Source of the DNA: an uncultured delta proteobacterium
Lineage (GTDB): Bacteria; Myxococcota; B64-G9
Reading direction: 5' to 3'
DNA length: 64,000 nt
NCBI GenBank assembly: GCA_963754925.1
Contig: CAVWHX010000003.1
Coordinates: 224,001-288,000 of the forward strand
The first letter of the stretch is position 1. The number at the start of each line of letters is the position of its first letter. Shown here in pieces: positions 52,780-62,165 of the stretch. A program made the translations under genes and the position numbers. The notes under the pieces are model-generated. The model was not told where the DNA came from. It was given only the letters and a program-made list of their open reading frames with translations, and did not search any database.

Positions 52780-54051
52780 ATGCGCATCATCCTCCTCAGC
52801 ACGGGCGAAGAGGTTCTCCGGGGCGAGATTGTCGATACCAACGCCGCGTTTGCGGCTGCGTCGCTCGACGATTATGGGTTTGTCATCGGCCGGCATCTCA
52901 TCTGCGGGGACGAGCAGAGCGATCTGGTCAGCACCATTCGTCAGGCCCTGGCCGAGGGCGAGGTGGTGGTGGCGAGCGGCGGTCTCGGTCCAACCGGTGA
53001 TGATCAGACCGTCGACGCCCTGGCCGAGGCGCTCAACCTTCCGGTCGGCATCGACGCCGTATTGCTAGAACAGCTTCAGAAGCGTTTCGCCGAACGTCAC
53101 TACCCCTTCACCAAGAATCAGGTTCGCCAGGCTCGCCTGCCGGAGGGGGCTGCCGCCATACCCAACCAAGTAGGCACCGCGGTTGGGATCGAGCTCGGTA
53201 CCGGCAACAAGATGATCGTTTGGCTGCCGGGTCCCCCGGTGGAGTTTCGCGCCATGTTTCAAACTGCAGTATTGCCGCGACTGTTAGCGCTGCGCGCCTC
53301 CCAGGGTGAAACCACCGTCGCCGGGGTACGAGTCCTGCGAATATTTGGCCGCGGCGAGGGTTGGATCGAAAACAGCCTGGGTAATTTGGAGCACGAGATC
53401 CCCAATCTTAGAGTCGGATTTCGTTCGGCGATGCCCGAAGTTCAGATCAAGTTGCGCTGCCATGCCGCAACCCAAGCTCAACTCAACGAGCTGCTGGATG
53501 AGGCCGAGCAGGTCGCCCGTGCGAGACTGGGGGATGTCGTCTTCTCCAGCGACAAAACCGGTTTGCCCGATTTAGTTATCGGTCGTATGACGGAACGCGG
53601 CTTGCGTCTGGCCGCGGCCGAAAGCTGCACCGGCGGGCTTCTGGGCAAGCTGTTGACCGATATTCCGGGCTCGTCGGCGTCGTTCGTCCTCTCGGTCGTT
53701 ACCTATGCCAACGATATGAAGGAACGCCTGCTCGGGATCGACCCCGAACTGCTCGCGAGCGATGGGGCTGTCAGCGAGCGTTGCGCGCGCGCCATGGCCG
53801 AGGGCGTCCGCCGTATCTCGGGAGCGGATGTCGGCATCGCTATCACGGGAATAGCCGGCCCCAGCGGCGGGACGCCGGATACGCCGGTCGGTACGGTGCA
53901 CTTCGCTCTGTGCGATGCAAACGACACGATAGCGTACCACCACGTATTTCACGGCCTTGGGCGCGACGCCGTCCGGATGCTGTCGGCGTTTGCGGCACTC
54001 GACCTTCTCCGCCGGCGTCTGCTCGGCCTGCCGCCGCTTTCGCCGGTATAG
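52780..54051 (+). CDS. cinA: CinA / NMN deamidase
   Basis: GEEV...DTN, GGLGPT, LPGPP, AESCTGG and TGIAGP motifs. Confidence 0.95.
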   Translation: MRIILLSTGEEVLRGEIVDTNAAFAAASLDDYGFVIGRHLICGDEQSDLVSTIRQALAEGEVVVASGGLGPTGDDQTVDALAEALNLPVGIDAVLLEQLQKRFAERHYPFTKNQVRQARLPEGAAAIPNQVGTAVGIELGTGNKMIVWLPGPPVEFRAMFQTAVLPRLLALRASQGETTVAGVRVLRIFGRGEGWIENSLGNLEHEIPNLRVGFRSAMPEVQIKLRCHAATQAQLNELLDEAEQVARARLGDVVFSSDKTGLPDLVIGRMTERGLRLAAAESCTGGLLGKLLTDIPGSSASFVLSVVTYANDMKERLLGIDPELLASDGAVSERCARAMAEGVRRISGADVGIAITGIAGPSGGTPDTPVGTVHFALCDANDTIAYHHVFHGLGRDAVRMLSAFAALDLLRRRLLGLPPLSPV

Positions 54052-54213
54052 TCCAACCACGATAACTATGCAGAGGGATTTCTCTATTTTAGGTGCATCA
54101 CAAGGTTAACTTCGAATCTCTATTATTGATAAAATCTTCGGGTCCAGTTCAATAATTTCGTCAAATTGAGGTCCGTTAGTTGTTTTATCTGAACCTTTAT
54201 AGAATCTTTGAGA

Positions 54214-55054
54214 TCAATTTATCAAGAAGGAAGGGCTTTCAGCACAACACAGTGGTCTCGCACGAATTCCTGAAGTGGCTTCCATTCTGATATCATTTCT
54301 ATTCCTTTGAAGCTTCTCAATCTTTCTAACCCAATGGCATTCCCAAACATCAACCGGATCTTCCTTATCCCACATCTCGAAAATCTTTTGGTTCTTGTTC
54401 GAAATAATACCATGACCAGGATAGGCGTTGTCTATATAGAAATATGTCCTTGCGATATCTTCGCGTATATCTGTTTGAGGTTCGATCTTTCTGTTTTGAA
54501 TCTTTACCTGGCAACTGCCGAACGCTAGCGGTCCATTGGGAATCATCGCCATGCTGAAATTCTTGCGGAGGCCGTTAATCTCTCCCTCCGCTGGAAACAG
54601 GTTGTACATATCCGATTGCATATAACGGAACGTCAGATTTAACCTTCTCAGCACAATGGCGTCCCTTGAACCTTTTCCCCTTACTGTCGATGCAGTCCGG
54701 GTGACCTTCGCGCCACTCTTTGAAGCTTTGGCCGAAGGATTCAGCGGGGACAATGTGATCCCACTCAACACGAGTCGCACGTTTAGTTTCGACCTTTGGT
54801 ATATAGTCACAAGTTGAGAAATCGATACTCTTTCTCTCATCAAATTGGCAATCGCAGTAAATTGTCAATCGGTGTTTATTATAAACAACCCTCTCAAGAA
54901 GCTTCTTAGCTTTGTTAAAGCTCTGGATCTTGAGGTTCTTACTAACAGGAGTGGCTGATGTTGAGTCTTGGGCTAAAAGAGGGGATGAGAAAAGACAGAA
55001 TCCAGCAAATAAAACTGAAACGAAAAACGAAATTGAAATAGGTTTAGGTTCCAT
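54214..55054 (-). pseudogene. Endonuclease I (EndA/Dns-like), frameshifted at ~54639
   Basis: Signal peptide, SFNKAK, TIYC and EWDHIVPA in the upstream ORF; DMYNLFPAEGEING and DIARTYFY in the downstream frame; one extra A in GTTAAAT. Confidence 0.85.
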
Positions 55055-55282
55055 TCGTATCAAGGAGCCGTTCTTTGAACATGTTAAACTTGGCCCATGC
55101 GCCGGATGTGACAGGTCGTATCCGCTGTCATAGCCTCATGGTGCAAGCTACGGAAGGGGGAGCTCTGAATCCTGTTTCTTCTTGGCCTTCTTGTCGCAAA
55201 TAGCGATGACTGGCCGCTTGCCGGCAGCTAAAAACTTTTTAGCAAGGGGTCCGTTCGATCGCGAGGTTATGACGCTACGTTC

Positions 55283-55420
55283 TCAACTCTTTTTGGTTGC
55301 CCTCTTTGTTGCCTTCTTAGCCGTCTTCTTTTTTGCCATCCTGACCCCCATCCTTTTTACTGACTTCCTGGCCGGCTTCTTGGCAGATTTCTTTCGCTTC
55401 ACCCCGATTCCGTTCGCCAT
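55283..55420 (-). CDS. 45-aa Lys/Arg-rich basic peptide (histone-H1-like composition)
   Basis: GGAGG SD then MANGIGVKRKKSAKKPARKSVKRMGVRMAKKKTAKKATKRATKKS; below the ORF-track length cutoff. Confidence 0.55.
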   Translation of the reverse strand: MANGIGVKRKKSAKKPARKSVKRMGVRMAKKKTAKKATKRATKKS

Positions 55421-55955
55421 CAGAGTCCCCTCCTTTCAAAATAACACGAGCGCGAGCAACGTATCTGCAATATGCGTTTCTTGCTGCAAAGAAAGTAACC
55501 ACTTCAACGATTATGCCTACAAAACCCTCCCAGGAGACAATCGAAACGCCAGGTTCTCTAGCAATGCCGAAAAAGAGGATTGGAAAGACAAACACCAAGG
55601 CTCCCCAAAACTGGTGGTAACGGTAGTGCTGATCGACTGCAACCTGAAACGCCGGGATCATGTTTGGGGCAGAAAGCCTTTGAAACTCGTCAGCTCCAAG
55701 TTGCATCTTCCGACAGAAGATTAGGTCGAAGATGACCCAACGGAACGCCATCAATTCTACGCCAAGGAATAAGGCAGCTAGCATAACAAAAAGGAAGATG
55801 CTTGTAGTGGACTGCGAAGTAACGAAGGCATTGAAAACGACATTCAAGGGTTCGTACCAAAGTGAGAGTGCGTAGACCCCGATAAGGCCAGGCAACAAGT
55901 ACGCGATCACGTATCCGAAGATCGTTGCCGAAAACTCTTTCAGAGCCGAAGCCAT
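55317..55955 (-). CDS. Hypothetical multi-pass membrane protein
   Basis: GAGG SD; about four hydrophobic segments. Confidence 0.75.
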   Translation of the reverse strand: MASALKEFSATIFGYVIAYLLPGLIGVYALSLWYEPLNVVFNAFVTSQSTTSIFLFVMLAALFLGVELMAFRWVIFDLIFCRKMQLGADEFQRLSAPNMIPAFQVAVDQHYRYHQFWGALVFVFPILFFGIAREPGVSIVSWEGFVGIIVEVVTFFAARNAYCRYVARARVILKGGDSDGERNRGEAKEICQEAGQEVSKKDGGQDGKKEDG

Positions 55956-56148
55956 GAGCTACCTCACCTAACACCAGTGTCGGAAATGTAAACAATACGC
56001 CCTAATCACTATTAATATGGTTTTCTGGTAAAAACACCTTCGCGTTTCGCTTCCAGATCACAAACCATGCCCGCCTCATGTTACCCAATCAGCGACTCCG
56101 TCGTTCAGTTATTTTGAAATTTCGGCAGGGTCTTTGATGTTTGTAAAG

Positions 56149-56226
56149 AAATTATAGCATTTGAAAATGGTGAGTCAAAAACTTAGCTACTGAGCTTGTC
56201 CACGTCTACTCGCCCTCTTACAAAAG
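56149..56226 (-). promoter_or_regulatory. Repeated promoter module, copy 1
   Basis: Minus strand TTGACT-16 nt-TATAAT with TGn extension; near-identical to 58442-58518. Confidence 0.7.
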
Positions 56227-56294
56227 GCTAGCAATATTGGGCACTACAGCAATGTTTAGCAACCATGACCTGCCCCCGTTCATAGGACCACTCT

Positions 56295-57206
56295 CTATGA
56301 GAGTTGTTCATGGTTAACCATCGTTCCTTTATCCATAGCAACAACAGTTTTCAGAGCGAAGGGAGCCGGAGGCGACCGAAGCTCTGAAAACTGTCGCGCG
56401 AACTCCGCCGGTGTCTCCTGTCCCAGCGAACTGTGCGGCCGCACATGATTGTAATCCATCCGCCATGATTCGATTTTATTACGAGCATCTTGTAGATTTA
56501 TAAACCAATGTTGATTGAGACATTCATCTCGAAATTTGCCGTTGAAGCTTTCGATCAGGGCATTCTGCACCGGCTTGCCTGGCTCGATAAAATGCAACTG
56601 CACCCCATGCCGGTACGCCCAGAGGTCCAGCGCGCGACTCGTGAACTCCGGACCGTTATCCGTCACCATCGCTTCGGGATACCTACCCCGTTCAGCGGCA
56701 ATATCGTCCAAAATCCTGGCCACCCGGCTGCCGGAAATGGACGTGTCCACGGGTAAGGCAAGACTCTCTCGACTGAATTCATCCAGCACGCTCAACACCT
56801 TCAACCGTCGCCCATCTGAGAGACAATCAGACAGAAAATCCATCGACCATCGCTCGTTGAGTCCTTCCGGAAGACGCAGCGGCTGCCGCGCGATGCTCCG
56901 GTATCTCTTGCGCTGCTTCTTCCTCACGCTCAATCCCTCTTGCCGATACAGCCGATACACGCGCTTGTGGTTCACGACGAACCCTTCGCGGCGCAACAAC
57001 ACCTGCAAGCGCCGGTAGCCGAAGCGCACCCGCTGCGCCGCAAGCTCTAAAAGACGCTCCCGCAACTGCGGATACAGTTGGCCTACCGAACGGTACCGAA
57101 AGCTCGATCGCCCGATCCTCATCAGCCCGCAGGCGCGTCGTTCGCTCACCCCAAATTCATCGCGGGCATGCACAACGGCCTGCTTTCGCGCCGCGGGCTT
57201 CACCAT
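56295..57206 (-). CDS. IS3 transposase OrfB (DDE)
   Basis: WSMDF, DNGPEF, PGKPVQN and ESFNG motifs. Confidence 0.95.
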   Translation of the reverse strand: MVKPAARKQAVVHARDEFGVSERRACGLMRIGRSSFRYRSVGQLYPQLRERLLELAAQRVRFGYRRLQVLLRREGFVVNHKRVYRLYRQEGLSVRKKQRKRYRSIARQPLRLPEGLNERWSMDFLSDCLSDGRRLKVLSVLDEFSRESLALPVDTSISGSRVARILDDIAAERGRYPEAMVTDNGPEFTSRALDLWAYRHGVQLHFIEPGKPVQNALIESFNGKFRDECLNQHWFINLQDARNKIESWRMDYNHVRPHSSLGQETPAEFARQFSELRSPPAPFALKTVVAMDKGTMVNHEQLS

Positions 57207-57466
57207 TTTCTTGAGTTGATATCCCTCAAGATCTGGTTGTCGAGAGTGAGATCGGCCACGGCCCGCTTCAGCCTTCGGTTTTCTTCCTCAAGCTGCTTCA
57301 GCCGCCGCGCCTCGCTGACGTCCATCCCGCCGTACTTGGATTTCCAACGGTAGTACGTTTGTTCGCAGAAGCCATGCGTGCGACACAGATCAGACAGCTT
57401 CACCCCCGCTTCGGCTTCTTTCAATATCCCGATGATCTTATCCTCAGAAAACCGTTTCCCTTTCAT
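57200..57466 (-). CDS. IS3 transposase OrfA (HTH)
   Basis: KRFSE...TYYRWKSKYGG...LEEENRRLK. Confidence 0.95.
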   Translation of the reverse strand: MKGKRFSEDKIIGILKEAEAGVKLSDLCRTHGFCEQTYYRWKSKYGGMDVSEARRLKQLEEENRRLKRAVADLTLDNQILRDINSRKW

Positions 57467-57550
57467 TGAGCAAGCTCCTTTCCGGCATTCTAGCCGAAGG
57501 AACTCTCATTGAAAATGGTCCAGTTTTTTGGGGGCAGGTCAACCAATTAC

Positions 57551-58258
57551 CTACCGAGAAATCATCTCTGTTTCAACCCGCAGTTCTGGTTCTCCGATAG
57601 CTCCGGAAATCGTTAATGAACCCTCACTTTTTATCTTTCCAGAAAATACTATCTTGTCACCTGCGCGGAGTTGACCAAACATCGCTGCCATAGATTCTGG
57701 ATGGTTCAAATGATACTCAACGTAACCATGGGAGCATGTAACTATTTTGTCAGTAACCACCCTAACCACATCACAAACCCATAATGTCGCGGAAAGATTA
57801 TTTGATTTCAACGAAGATCTGAAAGATTGCATCTTGCCTTCTGTATTCTCTATCTGCAAGTAATTATCGTTATTTTTAGCAACACGATATTCGTTCTTCA
57901 TACTAGCCAACATATTCTCCAATTCCGTCTGACCTGGTGGAACTGGTCTTGATGTAAGAGATGAAGAAGATCCACATGAAAACCATCCATTAAACCATGC
58001 AAGCATTGCAAGAATCATAATTGACACGAGAATATAGAATCCAATAGCTTGCCCCTTTGTCATACCGGCTGTGACGCTTTTAGACGTGTTATTTTGTTGC
58101 TGAACCTGTTGTTTGACTTGTTGCTGTACCGGCTTTTGCTCTTTTTGAACCGTTAGTTCTTTAACCATTGTTTCGACAGGCGCGCCGCAATGCGGGCATG
58201 CTGAGGCTTTATCGGACAACTGCTTACCGCATTCACTACAATTGATAAGAGCCATCAT
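57551..58258 (-). CDS. Zinc-ribbon membrane protein
   Basis: MALINCSECG...A.ACPHCG, Gln-rich linker, single TM, soluble C-terminal domain. Confidence 0.8.
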   Translation of the reverse strand: MMALINCSECGKQLSDKASACPHCGAPVETMVKELTVQKEQKPVQQQVKQQVQQQNNTSKSVTAGMTKGQAIGFYILVSIMILAMLAWFNGWFSCGSSSSLTSRPVPPGQTELENMLASMKNEYRVAKNNDNYLQIENTEGKMQSFRSSLKSNNLSATLWVCDVVRVVTDKIVTCSHGYVEYHLNHPESMAAMFGQLRAGDKIVFSGKIKSEGSLTISGAIGEPELRVETEMISR

Positions 58259-58441
58259 TCCCTCCTAGTGCGCTTAACGATTAAGACTTCCGAATGCATT
58301 CTGAACCTCTTTTGCAAATTTAAATTCGTCCTGACCCTGAGGATGTTTTGCGAATACATAATGGGTTTCGTTTTACCCCTTCCCCGACTTTGTTACTCAT
58401 TTATGTAGAGATTTCGTTAGGGTCGTTGATGCTGATAAATT

Positions 58442-58518
58442 AAATTGTAGCATTTTAAAATGGTGAGTCAAAAACTTAGCCACTGAGCTTGCCATGTCTA
58501 CTCACACTCTTACAAAAG
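58442..58518 (-). promoter_or_regulatory. Repeated promoter module, copy 2
   Basis: Minus strand TTGACT-16 nt-TACAAT with TGn extension. Confidence 0.7.
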
Positions 58519-58610
58519 ACGTGTTAAATGGGGGAACAATACAGTGGTTCGATTGTTGCGATTAAAAGAAAGGGTATATAATATACTTGTTATTGCAAGG
58601 GGGGTATCCA

Positions 58611-58847
58611 ATGAGGATCAAAGGGGTGGTTGCTCGTCTGGAGGTTTGTCTTTGTGTTTCCGGTTTGATTTCAGCTTGCAGTGGCCCTATAGGGACTTTC
58701 TTTTCTAATTTCCGGCATACAACAATCGCTCAATCAACATCAAGTACATCTAGTATAGAGGTTTTCTATAATAAATTAAATACAGCTGAAGTAGATATTG
58801 CGAAACGAGTTGCAGGTGATGTCCCTGCGCCTTCAGCCAAAGGATGA
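58611..58847 (+). pseudogene. Possible lipoprotein gene truncated by IS
   Basis: Lipobox-like ISAC; the stop codon is the TGA of the IS left end. Confidence 0.45.
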
Positions 58848-58919
58848 CGTGCCCCCCGAAAACTGGACCATTTTCAATGAGAGTTCCTTCGGCTAGAATG
58901 CCGGAAAGGAGCTTGCTCA

Positions 58920-59186
58920 ATGAAAGGGAAACGGTTTTCTGAGGATAAGATCATCGGGATATTGAAAGAAGCCGAAGCGGGGGTGAAGCTGTCTGATCTC
59001 TGTCGCACACATGGCTTCTGCGAACAAACGTACTACCGTTGGAAATCCAAGTACGGCGGGATGGACGTCAGCGAGGCGCGGCGGCTGAAGCAGCTTGAGG
59101 AAGAAAACCGAAGGCTGAAGCGTGCCGTGGCCGATCTCACTCTCGACAACCAGATCTTGAGGGATATCAACTCAAGAAAATGGTGA
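58920..59186 (+). CDS. IS3 transposase OrfA
   Basis: Protein identical to copy 1. Confidence 0.95.
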   Translation: MKGKRFSEDKIIGILKEAEAGVKLSDLCRTHGFCEQTYYRWKSKYGGMDVSEARRLKQLEEENRRLKRAVADLTLDNQILRDINSRKW

Positions 59187-60091
59187 AGCCCGCAGCGCGA
59201 AAGCAGGCCGTTGTGCATGCCCGCGAGGAATTTGGGGTGAGCGAACGACGCGCCTGCGGGCTGATGAGGATCGGGCGATCGAGCTTTCGGTACCGTTCGG
59301 TAGGCCAACTGTATCCGCAGTTGCGGGAGCGTCTTTTAGAGCTTGCGGCGCAGCGGGTACGCTTCGGATATCGACGGTTGCAGGTGTTATTGCGGCGGGA
59401 AGGGTATGTGGTGAATCACAAGCGGGTGTATCGGCTGTATCGGCAAGAGGGATTGAGCGTGAGGAAGAAGCAGCGCAAGAGATACCGGAGCATCGCGCGG
59501 CAGCCGCTGCGTCTTCCGGAAGGACTCAACGAGCGATGGTCGATGGATTTTCTATCTGATTGTCTCTCAGATGGGCGACGGTTGAAGGTGTTGAGCGTGC
59601 TGGATGAATTCAGTCGAGAGAGTCTTGCCTTACCCGTAGACACGTCCATTTCCGGCAGCCGGGTGGCCAGGATTTTGGACGATATTGCCGCTGAACGGGG
59701 TAGGTATCCCGAAGCGATGGTGACGGATAACGGTCCGGAGTTCACGAGTCGTGCGCTGGACCTCTGGGCGTACCGGCATGGGGTGCAGTTGCATTTTATC
59801 GAGCCAGGCAAGCCGGTGCAGAATGCCCTGATCGAAAGCTTCAACGGCAAATTTCGAGATGAATGTCTCAATCAACATTGGTTTATAAATCTACAAGATG
59901 CTCGTAATAAAATCGAATCATGGCGGATGGATTACAATCATGTGCGGCCACACAGTTCGCTGGGACAGGAGACACCGGCGGAGTTCGCGCGACAGTTTTC
60001 AGAGCTTCGGTCGCCTCCGGCTCCCTTCGCTCTGAAAACTGTTATTGCTATGGATAAAGGAACGATGGTTAACCATGAACAACTCTCATAG
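59180..60091 (+). CDS. IS3 transposase OrfB
   Basis: DDE motifs; in the -1 frame relative to OrfA. Confidence 0.95.
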   Translation: MVKPAARKQAVVHAREEFGVSERRACGLMRIGRSSFRYRSVGQLYPQLRERLLELAAQRVRFGYRRLQVLLRREGYVVNHKRVYRLYRQEGLSVRKKQRKRYRSIARQPLRLPEGLNERWSMDFLSDCLSDGRRLKVLSVLDEFSRESLALPVDTSISGSRVARILDDIAAERGRYPEAMVTDNGPEFTSRALDLWAYRHGVQLHFIEPGKPVQNALIESFNGKFRDECLNQHWFINLQDARNKIESWRMDYNHVRPHSSLGQETPAEFARQFSELRSPPAPFALKTVIAMDKGTMVNHEQLS

Positions 60092-60120
60092 AGAGTGGTC
60101 CTATGAACGGGGGCAGGTCA

Positions 60121-60866
60121 TTAAGGCACTTCAAGCGATACAGTACCGCCGTGTCACTCTTGGCGAGTTCATCTCCCATTTATTACCTATCAATAATCTC
60201 GATGATATTAATCAACATCTCAGTAAAATAATTAGTGTTGATTTCCTTGATAGTATTAAGACAGTTGACGCGAAGTTTGAACAACTGCTTCTTAACTCTG
60301 TTGATGCAGTTATTGGTGATGTCATAAAAGGGGTCAATGATATTTTCAATATGAGGCATGTTTTTTGTCATGAGCTTGCATTACGCGAGAGAGCTGAAAT
60401 TGAGATTATTCAGCAAGCATACATGATGATGAAAGCTTTTCTGTGTAGATCAAGTAGGTTCCTAGATAGTGTTGAACATCCTATTGATGATGGGGAGGTT
60501 ATGTGCCAGAGAGAATTAAACCAGAAAGCTAACGATGATTTTTTAGCACTTGAAGATCAGCTAAACCGTCTCATTGAGCAGATTCATGATAGAGATAAAA
60601 AGCAACTTGAAGAGGGATATAACGATCGAGTTCATCCCTCAGACGAAGAGAGCCTAAGGAAGGATATTGAAGACGTGCATGTTGCGTTTATGAACTATAG
60701 AGAAATTAGTGCTCGTTATGATGCTAGGGACTGGATAGGTGGTTCTGGATATCCAATGGTGTACTTCGGTACTCTTTCCGAACTAACGAAACAGATGTTG
60801 GATGAGCTCAAGAGATCCCGCGAGATGGAGGACAATTTCAGACTATTACGTCAATATTGTTGGTAG
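60121..60866 (+). pseudogene. 5'-truncated gene: HEPN-like region plus LprI (DUF1311)-like C-terminus
   Basis: RHVFCH (Rx4H); Q.ELN..A...LN...YRE...GGSGYPM; frame is open from the IS end. Confidence 0.55.
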
Positions 60867-60960
60867 TTTCGGACTTCCGGCCTCGAGCTAGCCTTGCTGG
60901 AGGCTGTTTTGTGATCCCGTCTCTCTGCGAAAAACCCCTAAAAGCCTTCGAATCCCTCGC

Positions 60961-61101
60961 TCACAACGTCATTCGCGGAGGGTTCTTGTCGATATTTGGG
61001 TTGATGGTCTGGCCGATGTTTGGATGGACTGGCGCGTCCAGCTTGGGATTGAGCTTGTAGTACTCGGTGAGAAAATCGTCGGAGAGATGGCGGGCGGCCA
61101 T
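60961..61101 (-). pseudogene. Diverged duplicate of the 3' end of the NuoB-like gene
   Basis: MAARHLSDDFLTEYYKLNPKLDAPVHPNI...KNPPRMTL vs VAAQHLSDDFLTEYYKLNPRLDAPLHPSIEKIPPRLTA. Confidence 0.85.
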
Positions 61102-61132
61102 TATCCCGTAACTATATTTATTCTATTTCATG

Positions 61133-61168
61133 TTAATTGCTTGACAAGCAATTAAAATAAAATATATT
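61133..61168 (+). promoter_or_regulatory. abiE promoter with palindromic operator
   Basis: Perfect TTAATTGCTTG-A-CAAGCAATTAA overlapping TTGACA; TATATT 16 nt later. Confidence 0.7.
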
Positions 61169-61174
61169 AAACCC

Positions 61175-61975
61175 ATGAAAAGAAGACTTGGAAACCTCGA
61201 GCGCCAGCTCTTTGCATATGCCCAGCTGAGGAACGTGAAAACATTCCAAACGGGCGACCTTTGCGGACCTCTTGAGATCACCGCCAAGCAAGAGCGCGAG
61301 CTCTTCAGCCGACTTTCTCGAGCCCGGTTGATTGCTTCAGTGCGGCGTGGATTATATCTGGTACCGACTCGACTCCCTCTCGGTGCGCAATGGACCCCGA
61401 ATGAAGCGCTGGCGTTGAACACGCTAATGGATGACCGGGAAGGAGCATATCAGATTTGTGGGCCTAACGCGTTTAACCGATATGGGTTCGATGAACAGAT
61501 TCCAAATCACTTTTATGTGTACAACAATCGGATCTCCGGGGAACGCTTGATCGGCTCGGTCGCCCTGTCTTTGATCAAAGTGTCGGATGCTCGACTAGGG
61601 GACACCGAGGTAGTCAAGCTCGCGGACGGATCGAAATTGGTGTATTCCTCCCGAACGCGGACGCTCGTAGACGCAGTGTACGATTGGTCCCGCTTCGGCA
61701 GCCTGCCGCGCGGATACGAGTGGATTCGGCGCGAACTATCTGCGGGTCGTATCGAGGCTAACGACTTGGTGCGATCTGCGCTCCGTTATGGCAACCAGGG
61801 TACCGTAAGGAGGCTCGGCGTCCTGCTCGAAGATATCGGCGTGGAAGATCGGTTGCTGGCCAGGCTAAAACGAAATTTGCGTTCATCGAAGAGCTTAATT
61901 CTCTGGATTCCCAATGCAGGCGGGAGAGGAAGAGTGAGCCGACGCTGGGGAGTGATATGCAATGGCCACGGCTAG
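61175..61975 (+). CDS. Type IV TA antitoxin, AbiEi-like
   Basis: RRGLY motif, FDEQIP, RTLVDA and RRLG.LLE; overlaps the toxin start. Confidence 0.82.
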   Translation: MKRRLGNLERQLFAYAQLRNVKTFQTGDLCGPLEITAKQERELFSRLSRARLIASVRRGLYLVPTRLPLGAQWTPNEALALNTLMDDREGAYQICGPNAFNRYGFDEQIPNHFYVYNNRISGERLIGSVALSLIKVSDARLGDTEVVKLADGSKLVYSSRTRTLVDAVYDWSRFGSLPRGYEWIRRELSAGRIEANDLVRSALRYGNQGTVRRLGVLLEDIGVEDRLLARLKRNLRSSKSLILWIPNAGGRGRVSRRWGVICNGHG

Positions 61976-62165
61976 TCGAATTGCAATACAAATCCATGAG
62001 GACGTCTCGATCTTCCAGGAGGCGGTCAACCTGACGGCCGCTCGTACGGGTTATTCTGAGCAACTCATAGAGAAAGACTACCTTTGCACCGTGCTGCTTT
62101 CCTATCTCGCCGAAACCAACGGCCTGGTTTTCAAGGGTGGTACCTGCCTAGCAAAAGCCCCGTAG
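61962..62165 (+). pseudogene. AbiEii-like nucleotidyltransferase toxin, truncated
   Basis: LIEKDY and LVFKGGTCLAK motifs, then a stop supplied by the REP GTAG. Confidence 0.85.

Larger units (their letters stand above)
56266..57541 (-). mobile_element. IS3-family element (IS407-like), copy 1, 1276 bp
   Basis: TGACCTGCCCCC...GGGGGCAGGTCA terminal IRs; 4-bp ACCA target duplication (56262-56265 and 57542-57545). Confidence 0.96.
58845..60120 (+). mobile_element. IS3-family element, copy 2, 1276 bp
   Basis: TGACGTGCCCC...GGGGCAGGTCA ends; near-identical to copy 1; no target duplication (AGGA vs TTAA). Confidence 0.96.

Noticed and set aside
55182..55724. 180-aa plus-strand ORF with Phe/Leu-rich start
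   Set aside because: Antisense mirror of the Lys-rich micro-ORF and the membrane gene.
55956..58420. Integron attC sites (GTTAGGT and GTTAAGC just before the gene starts)
   Set aside because: No matching inverse core or convincing hairpin, and no intI in the window.
60045..60120. Start of the 273-aa ORF
   Set aside because: Lies inside the IS right end; not the native N-terminus.
56262..60124. Composite transposon formed by the two IS3 copies
   Set aside because: Outer flanks differ (ACCA vs TTAA) and copy 1 has its own target duplication.
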